This document shows, piece after piece, positions 11,000 through 24,608 of a stretch of 64,000 nucleotides of DNA. The stretch comes from Octopus sinensis (Eukaryota). Made by a program: the position numbers and the translations under genes. The DNA is taken from positions 2,294,001-2,358,000 of the forward strand of contig NC_043001.1 of the NCBI RefSeq assembly GCF_006345805.1. The letters are read 5' to 3'. The notes under the pieces are model-generated. The model saw nothing but the letters and a program-made list of their open reading frames with translations. It did not search any database and had not been told where the DNA came from. How positions within the stretch are numbered: position 1 is the stretch's first letter; every line of letters begins with the position of its first letter.

Positions 11000-12900
11000 A
11001 AATCACAAAGAGGATAAGTAGATAGACAAAGAACATATTCCCTCAACAACATCATAGTTGTAACTGATATTTTTCACAGGAAGACACTGCTTATCATTGA
11101 CTTTAATTTACTAATGGGGGGGGGTTTTAGTTCTAATTTATAGACTAGTTTATCAAGTCTAATAGAAACTAGAATCTATCTTTTATGGATAGAGTAAAAA
11201 GTCAGTTTAAGTGGCAGAGTCATAAGTCAAGATTTCTTTGAAGTAAAACCATTTGGGTCCAGCAAGAATATATTCCAGCCAAAATTTGCAGGCTAAAGCT
11301 GATGGGGTAGGGAGAGTAAAACTTATAATACTTAACTATTTGACAGCCATAAACCCAAAGATAGTTTGAAATACATAGGTACATTTTAGAGAATTGTTTT
11401 CACACACAAAAAAGAAAAAGAATATTTCAGAATATTTTCAGTATTTTTACACAATAGAGGGATGGAGAATATAGAAATAATTCCATATTTATATATTTCT
11501 ATAGTAACTTAACATATATTTATAGCTAATAATCAAATAGTAATTTTTGGTATTAATAAGTTAAATTAAAGGAATATGATAAAAATTTATATATTTTATA
11601 TGCTAAAAATTTTAGAACATATTTCTTCATCATCATCGTCATCGTTTAACGTCCGTTTTCCATGCTAGCATGAGTTGGATGGTTCATCTGGGGTCTGGGA
11701 AGCCAGAAGGATGCACCAGGCCCAGTCTGATCTGACAGTGTTTCTACAGCTAGATGCCCTTCCTAACGCCAACCACCACTCCATGAGTGTAGTGGGTGTT
11801 TTTACGTGCCACCGGCACAGGTGCCAACATTTCTTGTATTATAAAATAAATATTGAAATATACCTGTATAGTTTTATGTAGGTTGAGCATGAAATTTATA
11901 GAAATATGTCATAAATAAAATGATATAGTGAGTAAATAAGAAAATTGGTTTAAAAATAAAGTCAAGAAAAGAAAATGAATATAATAAAAAAATGTAAATA
12001 TAAATCTTTGTAGAATGTTATAGACAAGGAGTAGAACAGATTTGTGTTCTAAAAACTTATTATAAGATATACTTAGCTTACTTATATTAATAGGTAAGGT
12101 AAGTTGTTAGAAGAAATTTTTTATAACTCTATAATTTTTAGACTAAAATTTATATTTACTTATCATGAGAATATCTATAAATGACTGGTGTTTAATGTCG
12201 GGTAAAGCGATGATCAAGTTATTGGACAAAAATTATATTATTAAGAAAACTTTTATAAAATTTTGGGTTCTATTATAGATTTAAGAAAAGGCTATTATTA
12301 TTCCTTATATGATAATTTATAATTATTAATTGGTACTTATAAAATGTTCTTTACTTATTTGTTTATAATTTATTTTTATAAAGCTTTCTAATACATACAA
12401 AGATCATGAGGGTAGAGTTGTTTTAGAGAAATAGAAACCAAGTAACTTAGATATTATTATCTATTTTTTATCAGGTTTTGAATATTAATTAAGGGGATTT
12501 AGAAGATCTTTTTATGAGATTCCCAGTAAATAAGGCACTAATTGACTCACATACCAAAAACCTTAATCTACAATGGAGGTAACCAAAATGTAATTTTACA
12601 AATGAAATATAGGGGAAGAGAATTAATTTTTTTGAAAAAACCCTAATTTTATATTAAGAGTAAAGTACGGTTGTATGAGGTATAATAATTTAGGCTTATT
12701 AGAGATAATATTTATGATATCGAAAAAGATCAGGTGGAGTAGAATTCTTGTAGAAATGAATGTGAAAATTACCAAATCTTTAAAAGTTATTGTGGAGTAA
12801 GTATACAATTTAATAACTTCATTAGATATATAGAATTTATGAAAAAATTTCAGAAATTAAAAAAAAATTATTTTATTCAACTAATCTCAATATGCCTGTT
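11000..12900 (+). pseudogene. Heavily decayed L1/Tx1-like ORF2 (APE endonuclease plus RT)
   Basis: Colinear motif remnants: LIIDFN (11090, cf. GDFN), SQFKWQSHKSRF (11200, cf. FTW..SRID), DSHKP (about 11341, cf. SDH), FYKAF (12374, cf. DFxKAFD), K*G (cf. KQG), KVRLYEV (cf. LYADD), IFKSYCGVSIQ (cf. FxxxSGLxIN). Many stops; A-rich sense strand. Confidence 0.5.
11628..11830 (-). mobile_element. SINE family C inserted in the LINE relic
   Basis: CATCATCATCGTCATCGTTTAACGTCCGTTTTCCATGCTAGCATG... family-C 3' end in reverse. Confidence 0.85.
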
Positions 12901-13449
12901 ATTAAATTTCTTAATACCTAGTGGTGATTAAATAATAAAATATAGCAGGGTATGCTATTTCCTTATTGATTTTTAAAAAACATTAAGATCTAAAATTCAG
13001 GAATAACAGAATGTTAATTTTTCACGATACTCCTAGTTCAAACTGGTTATTTAATAAGTTTACATTATCCCTATGTTTCAAAATTTCATATATCTCCATG
13101 AAGCAAAGCTCCCATCCATCCCTACTATTTTTATAATATATATAGTACATATATATATATATATATATACACACATACATACATAAACATATGTATGGAT
13201 AGATGTATACAGCTCCCATGACCATGCATTCAAGTATTCAGTGGCTGGCGGGGAAGTCATCCAAATATCATATTTATACATAAAGGACAAATGGTGGTGC
13301 ATCATGAGTTGCTGGGCGAGAAAATTCATTTATGTTTCAAGTTAAAAATCGTGATGATGGGGAAGGAAGGGGGTTAGAAAGATGTAGGAAGCTTTTAAAT
13401 TCTGCAAGAACCTATTATAATGCATCCATTATTATACAGACTTCGTGTA

Positions 13450-13635
13450 AGGCAGCAAGCTCGAAGAATGGCTAGCAAATTGGTTAGAATTTTTAGCAGC
13501 ATTTCATCCAAAGTCAGTCTTGCCCTTCATCCAATTAGGGTCGATAAAATAGGTACCTGTTTAACTCTGGGGTCAATGTAATTAGCTTACCCCTCCCCCC
13601 AAATTTCAGGCATTGTGCTTATAATAGAAAGGATT
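13450..13635 (+). mobile_element. SINE family B, decayed
   Basis: GGCAGCAAGCTCG head and GGGGTCAATGTAATT...GGCATTGTGCTTATAATAGAAAGGATT tail. Confidence 0.7.
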
Positions 13636-13811
13636 ATTTTACAGACTTAATAAAATAATTTGAAATATTCAATTATTATTAATACTATTAGAAGTATAAG
13701 CAAACAAATTTGCGGATTATATGCATGTGTATTCATACACATATACAAAAGACTATCAGCCTACAAAATATTAATTTGTTGGACAAACAGTTAAGCAAAA
13801 AGAAAGGACAC

Positions 13812-13983
13812 AGTTCTATATTTAAGAGATGAAGAATTATGTACATTATTTACATTATTTACAATTGACAGATATTTGTCCTCATCTTGTTTGTTGTTAA
13901 CACAACATTTGACTGATATACCTTCCAGCCTTCTTCAGGTGTCTTGGGGGAAATTGCTCATTCCTAAGGTATTTTTCAATGTT
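13812..13983 (-). mobile_element. Hammerhead-bearing repeat unit, copy 1 (ribozyme core mutated)
   Basis: Homologous to 15184-15331, 30640-30764 and 30944-31092. Core reads GACAC CTGAAGA AGGCTG...CAGTC AAATGTT GTGTT, so GAAAC is damaged. Confidence 0.85.
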
Positions 13984-14004
13984 GTTATTATTATTATTAT
14001 TATT

Positions 14005-14868
<864 letters not shown>

Positions 14869-15183
14869 ATGTCCACGCCAGAAGGTGCTCGAAAAATAAG
14901 AGGTGTTGCCTTAGTTCACTGGTAGTGGACAGCTGACATCGTAGTACATCTCCAGCGTTAGAAGCTGTGCAAAGAGAATATAATAATAATGATAATAATA
15001 ATGCACTTTTGACAAGTTGTGGTGCACCTGAGCACTGTATACAATAATTTCATTATTATTATTGTCATTGTTATTATTATTATTATTATTATTATTGTTG
15101 TTGTTGTTATTGTTGTTATTGTTATAAATCAAAAACAAAATAATAACAACAATAATAATAATAATGATGATGATGATGATAAT

Positions 15184-15331
15184 AACATTGAAAAATACCT
15201 TAGGAATGAGAATCCAGGTTAAAAATTTCCCCAAGACACCTGATGAAGGCTGGAGAGTATATCAGCCGAAACATTGTGTTCACAACGAACAAGATAAGGA
15301 CAAATATCCGTCAAATGCAAGATAATGTAAA
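15184..15331 (+). mobile_element. Hammerhead-bearing repeat unit, copy 2
   Basis: AACATTGAAAAATACCTTAGGAATGAG...CCCCAAGACACCTGATGAAGGCTGG...; preceded by (AAT)/(GAT)n. Confidence 0.85.
15235..15280 (+). ncRNA. Minimal type-I hammerhead ribozyme motif (stem III ACGT mutated to ACAT)
   Basis: GACAC-CTGATGA-A-GGCTG[GAGAGTATAT]CAGCC-GAA-ACAT-T-GTGTT; stems I and II pair. Confidence 0.65.
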
Positions 15332-16227
15332 AAGGTAAGGACGCTAATACCACATGGGCCCTATCAACGTGATGGCCATGGGAGAGAAGGAAATGTAGAG
15401 TCATTGACAAAGAAATCACATAACTTGCAGAAAAACAAATTTGGCTGCTTTCTGGTTTCAACAAACACACTTGCAGCCAAACATGAGAAGAAAAGAAGAA
15501 TGTGTGTGTGTGTGTGGTGTGTGTGTGTGTGTGTGTGGTGTGTGTGTATTAATCAAATATGTTTGAAAGGGAAATCGAATGTATGTTGTTATTGTTTCCA
15601 GCAGTCCTACTAAGTGCCGTTCTTGCACTGTTGTCAAATCTAACAGCTTTTGCCGTTCCATGTTTAAAACTGTGAGAGAATTGTCAGCTGGTTTTGCTGG
15701 TTTTGATCACTTGAAATAAATTAATGAAGAAAAGTGGTCTAAAGGAGATCAGTGTCTCTCGGTGAATGATAATGTTTGGAGAGCGAAGAAGATAAGTGAA
15801 GGAACTTTTGATAAACAACTGAAAGTCTGAAGAGTATCCGAATTGATGCTGGTTTGACAATGAGAAGAATGAAAGAGGAAGATACGAGGATGATGACGAA
15901 AGACAAAGTGAACAAGTCTTCTGAGTGACGGAGGAGGCAGCAATTGTAATGTCTGATATATATTTGATGATTACATTTATGAATACTGTCTCAGCCAGTT
16001 GCTGTATTAGCTGCAGGGAGATGAGTGCTAAATTCGGTTTCCCTTCCATGATATGTATAATACCTGAACAGCCCAGGTGTATCAGATGGTCATGAAGAGG
16101 CACTGAAGTTCTGCCGAGCTCTTTAAATAGTTACGCAATAATCAGTTACATCATGGCAATTTTTCTTTACTCGTTCAGCTATTACCAAAAAGAAAAAAGA
16201 AAAGGAAATACTTTTATGAGTTGTATT

Positions 16228-16386
16228 GGTGCAGGAATGGCTGTGTGGTTAGAAGTTCACTCTTCAACCATGTGATTCCTGGTTCAGTCTTACTGTGTGG
16301 CACCATGGGTGTCTTCTACTATGACCTTAGCCTGACCTAGGCCTTGTGAGTGGATTTGGTAAATGGAAACTGAAGGAAGCCCTTTG

Positions 16387-16417
<31 letters not shown>

Positions 16418-16460
16418 TTGTGTCTTTGTGTCTGTGTTTGTCTCTTAACCACTATTTGAC
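16228..16460 (+). mobile_element. SINE family A (5' part)
   Basis: GCAGGAATGGCTGTGTGGTTAGAAG head and GTGAGTGGATTTGGTAAATGGAAACTGAAGGAAGCC body. Confidence 0.8.
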
Positions 16461-16552
16461 AATCTGTGTTGTGTGTGTGTGTTTATACATATATATATAT
16501 AATTATCATCATCATTATATATATATATAATTATATACATATATATATACGT

Positions 16553-16930
16553 GCAGGAGTGGCTGTTTGGTAAGAAGCTTGGTTCCCAACCACATGATTA
16601 TGGGTTCAGTTCCACTGCGTGGTACCTTGGGCAAGTGCCTTCTACTATATCCTTGGGCTGACTAAAGCCTTGTGAGAGGATTTGGTAGATAGCAACTGAA
16701 AGAGGCCAGGCATATGTATGTATTAGTGTGTCTGTGTTTGTCCCCCTGCCATGACTTGGCAACCGATGTTGGTGTGTTTACATCCCTATAACCTAGCGGT
16801 TCAGCAAAAAAAACTGATAGAACAATTACTTGGCTTACAAAGAATAAGTCCTGGGGTCGATTTGTTGAACTAAAGGTCATGCACCAGCATGGCTGCAGTC
16901 AAATGACAGAAACAAGTAAAAGAATAAAAG
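16553..16930 (+). mobile_element. SINE family A, full length
   Basis: Head, CCTTGGGCAAGTG core-like block, body and AAACAAGTAAAAGAATAAAAGA tail. Confidence 0.85.
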
Positions 16931-17156
16931 AAGATATATATATATGAATGATATATATATATATACATGTATATATATATACGGGTATGTGTGTTGAAGC
17001 AGTATTTATAAATATATGCATTAGTTATAGGCAACAGAAGCAGTATTAGTACCAAATAACAACTTTTGTATCCTCCTTAACATGGATATATTTTAAGAAC
17101 TGCCTGTATAATATTACAGTATACATTTTGGGAAAGCATCTCACAGAAGCATATAT

Positions 17157-17196
<40 letters not shown>

Positions 17197-17879
17197 TCAC
17201 AAATTAGTGTGAAGGCTATGTGTATGTCCTAAGAAAAAATATATGAATTGAATCAGAAAAGTCTGTAATATCCACAGAAGCATTGAGAAAAATAAAAGAC
17301 AGTGTGTTCCACGTGTACAGATATGAAAAATTATGAACACACAACCATACACACACACACACGCGCGCTCACACGCACACAGATGCACACACATACACAC
17401 ACATGCACACTAACGTGAATGTGCAGATATGTGTGAAAGAAGAGCAATAATGTGTTAGATTCCTGTTTCTTGCTTTCTATATTTGTGTTTATTCTGTTTG
17501 ATCTTATAGACTTGTCACCTGTCTTGTTTATGACTGCCTAATAAAGAGGGGGGTGTCACATTCTTTTCTTTCCCTACTTCTCCTCCCAGCTTCCCTCCAT
17601 CGGAGAGCGAGCAATTGGAAGGGAGAGAGAAAAATGAAAGAAAGGCTGAAGACAAAAAAAGAAGTAAAAGAGAAAGAAAAAAAATCCTTTCGAATAATCA
17701 GAAAGTGAAACTAATGCTTTTCCATTATTGAAGATCTGGAGACAAAGAGTGAGAAGAAGAAGAAGAAGATGGTCGCAGAGAAAGAGATTGAATGGGCGGA
17801 ACAATAAGAGTACACAGACATATATGCATGTACATACACACACACACATACTTATATATGCATTTATATATATATATAT

Positions 17880-17883
17880 GTTT

Positions 17884-17918
<35 letters not shown>

Positions 17919-17933
17919 GTATATATATATATG

Positions 17934-18005
<72 letters not shown>

Positions 18006-18047
18006 CATATATTAGGTTGGATAGATAGATATACTCTCACATGCTAA

Positions 18048-18086
<39 letters not shown>

Positions 18087-18095
18087 TATATATAT
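17880..18095. repeat. (TG)n/(TA)n compound microsatellite
   Basis: Direct low-complexity run; source of the YIYIYI ORFs. Confidence 0.95.
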
Positions 18096-18774
18096 CTTTA
18101 GTCTTTGTGCTGCTTGGTAGATTATTTATTTCTCTGTTACAGAAATTGCATTTTTCATGTTTCTGTGTATGTCACGCATACATATTTGTGCGTGCACATC
18201 CATTCACGCTCACACACATAAACACACACAGACTCACACATACACACATACACATATAATCGTTTACTTATAAAACAACCAGTTTTTCAGTTCCTATTTA
18301 CCCTGGAAAAGAAGACATTAAAACATTCTGACCAAGCTGAAACTATAAATTATATATCTCCTGCACCGTTTATAACATTGAGCTCTCTTTTAGCTGGAGA
18401 TTACTCTGCTAACTTCATTCGCTCCCCACTCCAGCTGGCCCTTCCATCGACTCTCCTCTGAAACTAGGACATTTCCTCTCACTTATATGAATCAATAGTG
18501 CTAGCTCAGAGTATTTAGCTATGTTGCTTGATTTTTCCAAGTCAGAACTTGCTTACCAACTTCTCTTCACTGAGGATGTGGTATTGGTCGACCACATACC
18601 ACATGGTCACAACGAAGGAAGAGGTATGTCATGATGATGAGGGCTGCTGACTGAGACCCAGCTCAAGGGCTCACCTAGCAGGACCTGGAAATATACTAAC
18701 AAATGGGGTCTGGTACACACCAACACACATATACACACAACGGTGTGTATATGTAGGTGATTATATATATATCT

Positions 18775-19180
18775 CTTTTACTCTTTTACTTGTTTCAGTC
18801 ATTTGACTGCGGCCATGCTGGAGCACCGCCTTTAGTCGAGCAAATCGACCCCGGGACTTATTCTTTGTAAGCCCAGTACTTATTCTATCGGTCTCTTTTG
18901 CCGAACCGCTAAGTGACAGGGACGTAAACACACCAGCATCAGTTGTCAAGCAATGCTAGGGGGACAAACACAGACATACAAACACACACACACACACATA
19001 TACATATATATACATATATACGACAGGCTTCTTTCAGTTTCCGTCTACCAAATCCACTCACAAGGCATTGGTCGGCCCGGGGCTATAGCAGAAGACACTT
19101 GCCCAAGATGCCACGCAGTGGGACTGAACCTGGAACCATGTGGTTGGTTAGCAAGCTACTTACCACACAGCCACTCCTGC
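18775..19180 (-). mobile_element. SINE family A, full length, CpG-rich (young)
   Basis: Near-identical in reverse to 48078-48490 (ORFs 18943-19194 and 48080-48319 match). Confidence 0.9.
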
Positions 19181-19842
19181 ACCTATATATATAGAAAAAT
19201 ATAAAAATGGAACAAAAATGCAATAGAGGGCATTAAAACGTTCAGACAGATGAAACAAAGTGGACAAGAGAAGCAGCAATTAGAAGGACAGGCAAAAATA
19301 GATGGGTCATTTTTAGCTTTCTTTCTTCAGTCAAGTACCAGAAGTCACGACCATTTTGGACAGTTACACTTGAGATGGTTTGATCTGGTTGTCCCAAAAA
19401 AGTCTAAGCTAAGAGCATTAGACCACTTTGTAAGAAAGCTAGCGAATGTGTACGGCAACAAAGACAAAAAAACTCAAGCAAACAAACAAAATAACGGAGA
19501 ATATGGTACACAATTACGAATACAAACAAGAAGAAATAATAACAAGCATCTTTCGACTGAGAACGATTCAAATTGAGCTGGCGTGTATGGAGTGAAAGCC
19601 TAAAGGCAGGAACATGGGAGAGGGACACAAGACGTGTTGATGGTCGGCTGTCAGGCCAAGAAAGAAAGATCATGGCTGGCTGGCTGGACACTAGTCACGT
19701 GGAAAGAGGAGAAATGGGTAGGAGACAGCGGGATTGAAGGATTAGAAAACAATCAGAGACAAAGGGAAAGATGCAGGGGAGATAAACGAGTGGGAAATAG
19801 TGGGAATTAAAGAAAGAGGGTGAAGAAATGTGAGATATCATA

Positions 19843-19882
<40 letters not shown>

Positions 19883-20749
19883 TGCATAATATATATTTAT
19901 ATATATGTATATATACATACACACAAGCAGTGCACCCAGGTGTTGCCCAGGTGTTATGACCTACAGCCACATTGTATTACGTATGTGTATATATTCTCAA
20001 TTTTCAAGTCCAAGCAGAATGTTCACACAACACAAAAGGCACTCCAGCCTTGCCAGGGTCATCGATAACACCACAACCAACCGGTTTTGCAGTAAATCTC
20101 TCTGATAAGAAAAAAATTGATTAGAAATGGTAGCAGTTAGTGAACATGGTGTGCATCTCAACCAATGAAGCGACCCACACTGCGGGTGGACTCATGGGTG
20201 TATGTGACCTTAATTTGCCCTCGTATAAATGCAGGGTGTTATTGTTGTCTTCACTGAGTTATCAGGTCAGACATTTGTCTCCCATCGCACCACCAGCGTT
20301 ATAGTACACGCTCAGCCACTGTGAAAAACAGGGTGACTGTAGCAAAATCCTTATGAACTTTGTGGATTATGGAATGAATAATAGGGAAGAATATATACAA
20401 ATAAAGATAAACAACTTTGCATCAATTGGTTTGAATAAAGAGAAAAATGCTAAGGGCAAAAAAGTAATTGCTTCACGTCTTTCCCACACTTGAATGAATA
20501 TAGGCTCTTACTGTGCTTGATCCTTGAGTAAATTTTATTGACTTTAAACCTGAGAATGCTCCTTTAGCATTCCTGAGTCGTTTGCTACCAAGAAAATCTA
20601 CATGGACAATTTGCTTTTGGTAATAATGCCAGAAATGATCACAATTATGCCAGAAACATGGTTCATTAGTCAATTTTCTGTTGTAAAATAGGGCATTATG
20701 CAAAGAAATCATATCCTTATGCTTCAAACACATTGTTTAATCACAGAAT

Positions 20750-21205
20750 ACTAAAGACATTCCCACGGGCAGTTTAGTTTTGGCACAAAGGCCTTAACTG
20801 ACAGAAAACGGTCCAATAAATAAAAGCATGTTTTTCAAAAAAGCATGTTTTTTGGTCCCTTTTCCACTGACAGACAGGGTTTTGTGCATCAGAAATACAC
20901 TCTTAACACTTCCTGTACATTACTACATTTTTTTACACCAAAAACATTAAAATTGGCAGCATAGATTAGAAGAAAATCCAAATATTGCCTCAAAATGACC
21001 TCAAAATTTTATGACTCAACCTCGTTTTTGATGTTATTTTCGTAGTAAAAAGGAGCTGCTATGCAAAAAATATACTTCATTTGGTTACCGAAAGATTATT
21101 TGAACCTTTTGATATCTCATATGTCAAAATTGGTAAATCGATTTTTGAATCCATAAGGAACATACGCACCACACACAGACACACACAAACTCTGTTTTAT
21201 ACATG
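20750..21205 (-). mobile_element. Non-autonomous Helitron-like element, decayed
   Basis: Minus strand starts GTATAAAACAGAGTTTGTGTGTGTCTGTG, similar to the 7925 element; an imperfect ACTAAA...CCCACGGG...TTTAGT hairpin lies at the other end. Confidence 0.35.
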
Positions 21206-22180
21206 CACGAAGGCGCACACACACATGTTTATACATATATAGTATTTGTTTTGCTTCTAGTTATTCTTTGACATATAAACAGGATTTCTCTTCTATTTTG
21301 TAATATTTCACTGACCACCCACACACAAAAAAGTCATTGTTAATTTTCATTGTTCAAATTACGACAACTCAATATTTTGTTCATGTTTTGTTGAAGGAAT
21401 TAATACGACTGCAATAACAGGATATCATTGCAGAGAAGAAGAATTGAGCAGAAAATTTTGTGAATGTGAAAGAATATTGAAGAACGAATGCACTTAAAAC
21501 TGTCTTTGAGAAGTCTTGGAAGAACAGAATTAGTACCATAGTTAATAACTGATAAGAGGAATAACATCTTTTTTATTGAACTAAAATTTGAAAGTATATA
21601 AATTGGTTTTACGTCTGTGTGTCTCTGTCAGTCTGTGTGTCTCTGTCAGTCTGACCAGGAAAGAAAAAGAAGCATGATTTAATTTCCAGTGCTCTCATCT
21701 ATCAACATTTTGACTGCTCTATTAGCTTATCCATGAAAGGTTGTTCTTAATAACACCTATGATTATATTTGTCAATATTCTAAAATGAAGAAAATGTTCC
21801 AAAACTCTTTAAAATAGTTTTATTACCAAACAAACAAAAAATTTCACTTTTGCATAATATATAAATGGAATTCTGTCGGTGGCCAGGTTGCAGAAAGTGT
21901 GAGGAAAATTTTGACAACAAATGATAAATGATTAATTGAAGTAAACAGTTTTTGTGTGTGTTTTAAGTGTCTAATAGCTTTCTCCACTCTAATCATTTTA
22001 CTTTCAATATAGATTCTCAGACCAAATCTTTTTCCAGACAAAAACAAGTCTGAAATATAAAATTCATTCTGACCGAGAATTTTGGCACCAGTGAAGGGTC
22101 AGCAAGACAGGATCCCACAACTGAATGGGGCTTGTAGTATGGAAAGAGGTGGCTTTATGCTAGAGGTTGACCCTTTAAAA

Positions 22181-22418
22181 TAACGGTTCTCAACCAGCGT
22201 CCATATGACGTTTGGTGGGTTTAGATAAAGATTTTGTTGTTAAAATTTCTAAGCAAAAAATTTGCTTATGTTTCAACAAAATATTTTTAATTCCTTTCCT
22301 AATAATTAATTATAAATGTATCAAAGAATTTTTCAACATGGAACGGTTATGAGGGTTCAGAAGAATGAAGGGGAAATCAAAGGGGTTCCATTAGTAAAGA
22401 CTGGTTGAGAACCACAGG
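22181..22418. mobile_element. hAT-type MITE, second copy
   Basis: AACGGTTCTCAACC ... GGTTGAGAACCACAG inverted ends; similar to 2520-2892. Confidence 0.6.
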
Positions 22419-22566
22419 TCCGTAGTATAACTAGGGGACAAGAAGAGGGGTGATGCTATAGAAAAGATGCTTGGCTAATTCATATTATATCGGAGCAGGT
22501 GAGAGTAACTGGAAAGAAGACTATGATGGTGATGATCTGGTGTCTTATATCTAAATTCTGTTCTTG

Positions 22567-23500
22567 TGAGGGTTGGCTGAAAAGTTCATCAGCTGACCAG
22601 GATGCTCTCATGGAGTGTCACCAAATAGGGTTTACTCTTGCACATAGTCCCCCTTGTGGTCCACACACTTCTTTCATTGGTGTTGCAGTGCTTGCTCAAA
22701 AAAGTCATCAACAACAGTTATGATGTCATAATTGCTGCAATACTGGTTCCTGGGGAACAGATGAGAGTCAGATGGGGGCCAAATCAGACGAACATGGAGG
22801 GTAATCAACCTCTCTTCAAAGCCACAGTCATTGCAGCAGCCATTGAAATGAAGGATTGTGTGTTGGAGCATTGCCCTGATGAAACAAGATCTCTTTTGTT
22901 AGTTTTCCTGGCCATTAGGTCTTTGTAGCTTTTTGCAACTAGCTCAGCAAATTGGCAAAGTACTCTCTGCTGATGGTGTGGCCTTTTTGAAGAAAGACAG
23001 TAAACATAATGCTGTTTGCAGTCCAAAATACAGAAGCCATGAACTTCCCTGCAGGTGAAACGACCTTGGCCTTCTTTGGAGCTGGTGAGGTGGGGTGTTT
23101 CGACTGCATGGATTGTCTCTTTGTCTCTAACTCAAAGTGATGAAACTACTACTCACCCTGGGTCAGGAAACTAAGCGAATCTGCCTCAAACAATGCCAGG
23201 CTTTTCCCATGATGTGGTCAGCTTGATGGTGTGATTTCGGTCAGGTACCACAAGACATGGCAATCACCAAACAAATACCTTTGTCATGCAAAGTTCATTG
23301 TACAGAACAATCTCAACTCTCTCACAGGATATATTAATACCATTGGTTATTTGATTGATAGTCAATCACTTGTCATCCATCACCACGTGGCAAACATGAT
23401 CAATGCTTTCCTCAGTGGTGGCAGTTGCAGGTTGTCCAGACCTAGGTTTATCTTCAAGACTCTCTGTTCCCCTCTTAAATTCAGCTCCCTACTTTTGCAC
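22567..23500 (-). mobile_element. Decayed mariner (DD34D-type) element
   Basis: End GAGGGTTGGCTGAAAAGTTC; minus-strand remnants PSDSHLFP, VDDFF, KKCVDHKGDYVQE* and the FHQ(G/D)NAP region. The other TIR was not found. Confidence 0.75.
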
Positions 23501-24533
23501 TATTGATAAAGCAATGTCACAAGCACAAGGTTTAAACCATTTTAATGCAGGCACGGGATAATGCCACAATGCCAAATTCTGTCCATTTTCAAGAGTAGTT
23601 GCTACTAATTACATTTGAAATCTTCTTTGAAGATTCAGATGTCAGTTTTCCTAAAAAGAATCCTCTATAAGAATCCTCTTATACTCGGCCTTGCCCCTTT
23701 TCTTCTGCTCAACTCGGTCTCTTGAAGCAACCACACTTAATTGCACCCCATTTTCCAATAAATTAATGTTATTCACCTGTGTTGCTGTTACTATGAAATA
23801 GTCTCACAAAGAAGGAATTCCACTTTTGTTTTTACATTTTATCAAATTATTTCAAAACTGGAATTGAGCAGAAAAGTTATTTTTGAAATGTTTTACTGGT
23901 GAGAAGACTTTGGCACTTTGCAGAATTCATCCTGATTACCTTGGATTACAATTTAAATTTGTTAATTCCAGGACATTTCTAAATTTTCAAATTGGAGAGA
24001 TTCACTAGAAATATAAAGTGTAGCAGTTGTGGGGAGGAATAAGAAGAGATGACCATCACAATGCTAATAACACGGCAGCAAACAGATCCACCCTTCCCAG
24101 ATACAAACCTGGGAAAAAAATGTTAATACATTCAAAGAACAAAACAAATGGCCAAAGAAAAAAAAAATACTAAAAATAATAGGAATCAGGAGACACAGCA
24201 GATATTAGAAATGGTAAAAGAATAATGAAGTTGTTGGAAAGAGCAATAAAATGAGATTTTCTAGTGTGGACAGCAAGAAAGAATGTCTGGACGTAGGTCG
24301 GCTGGAAGGGCAAGAAATATTATTTCATTTAATATTTTTCTTCAGCTGGAATTCAAGAACAGCAACAACAACAACAGCAACAGCAGCAACTGTGACAACG
24401 AAAGCAACAACAATTGTTACTCAACCCAGACCTTTAGAGAAGCTGTACCTAATGACCTCTCTGTCAATGACTGGCACATCACCACCTCTGCCCTCTCCCA
24501 TCAACACCACTTTCTCTTTCTTGGCCAACCGAT

Positions 24534-24534
<1 letters not shown>

Positions 24535-24608
<74 letters not shown>
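24535..24608. repeat. (TTC)n(TAC)n compound microsatellite
   Basis: Direct runs. Confidence 0.95.

Noticed and set aside
10700-13100. Mitochondrial insertion (NUMT)
   Set aside because: AT-rich, but no rRNA, tRNA or mitochondrial protein motif was recognised; LINE motif remnants fit better.
17574-18259. ORFs rich in YI/CV/HT repeats here and at 52688-54137
   Set aside because: Translations of dinucleotide microsatellites.
19953-20460. Solo LTR (TGTTATG start, TATAAA, AATAAA)
   Set aside because: No second copy, defined CA end, TSD or primer-binding site found.
24349-24535. Low-complexity exon (poly-Q/T/N) after TTCTTCAG; similar stretch at 57800-58100 on the minus strand
   Set aside because: Several frames are open because of trinucleotide repeats; no donor and no domain match.
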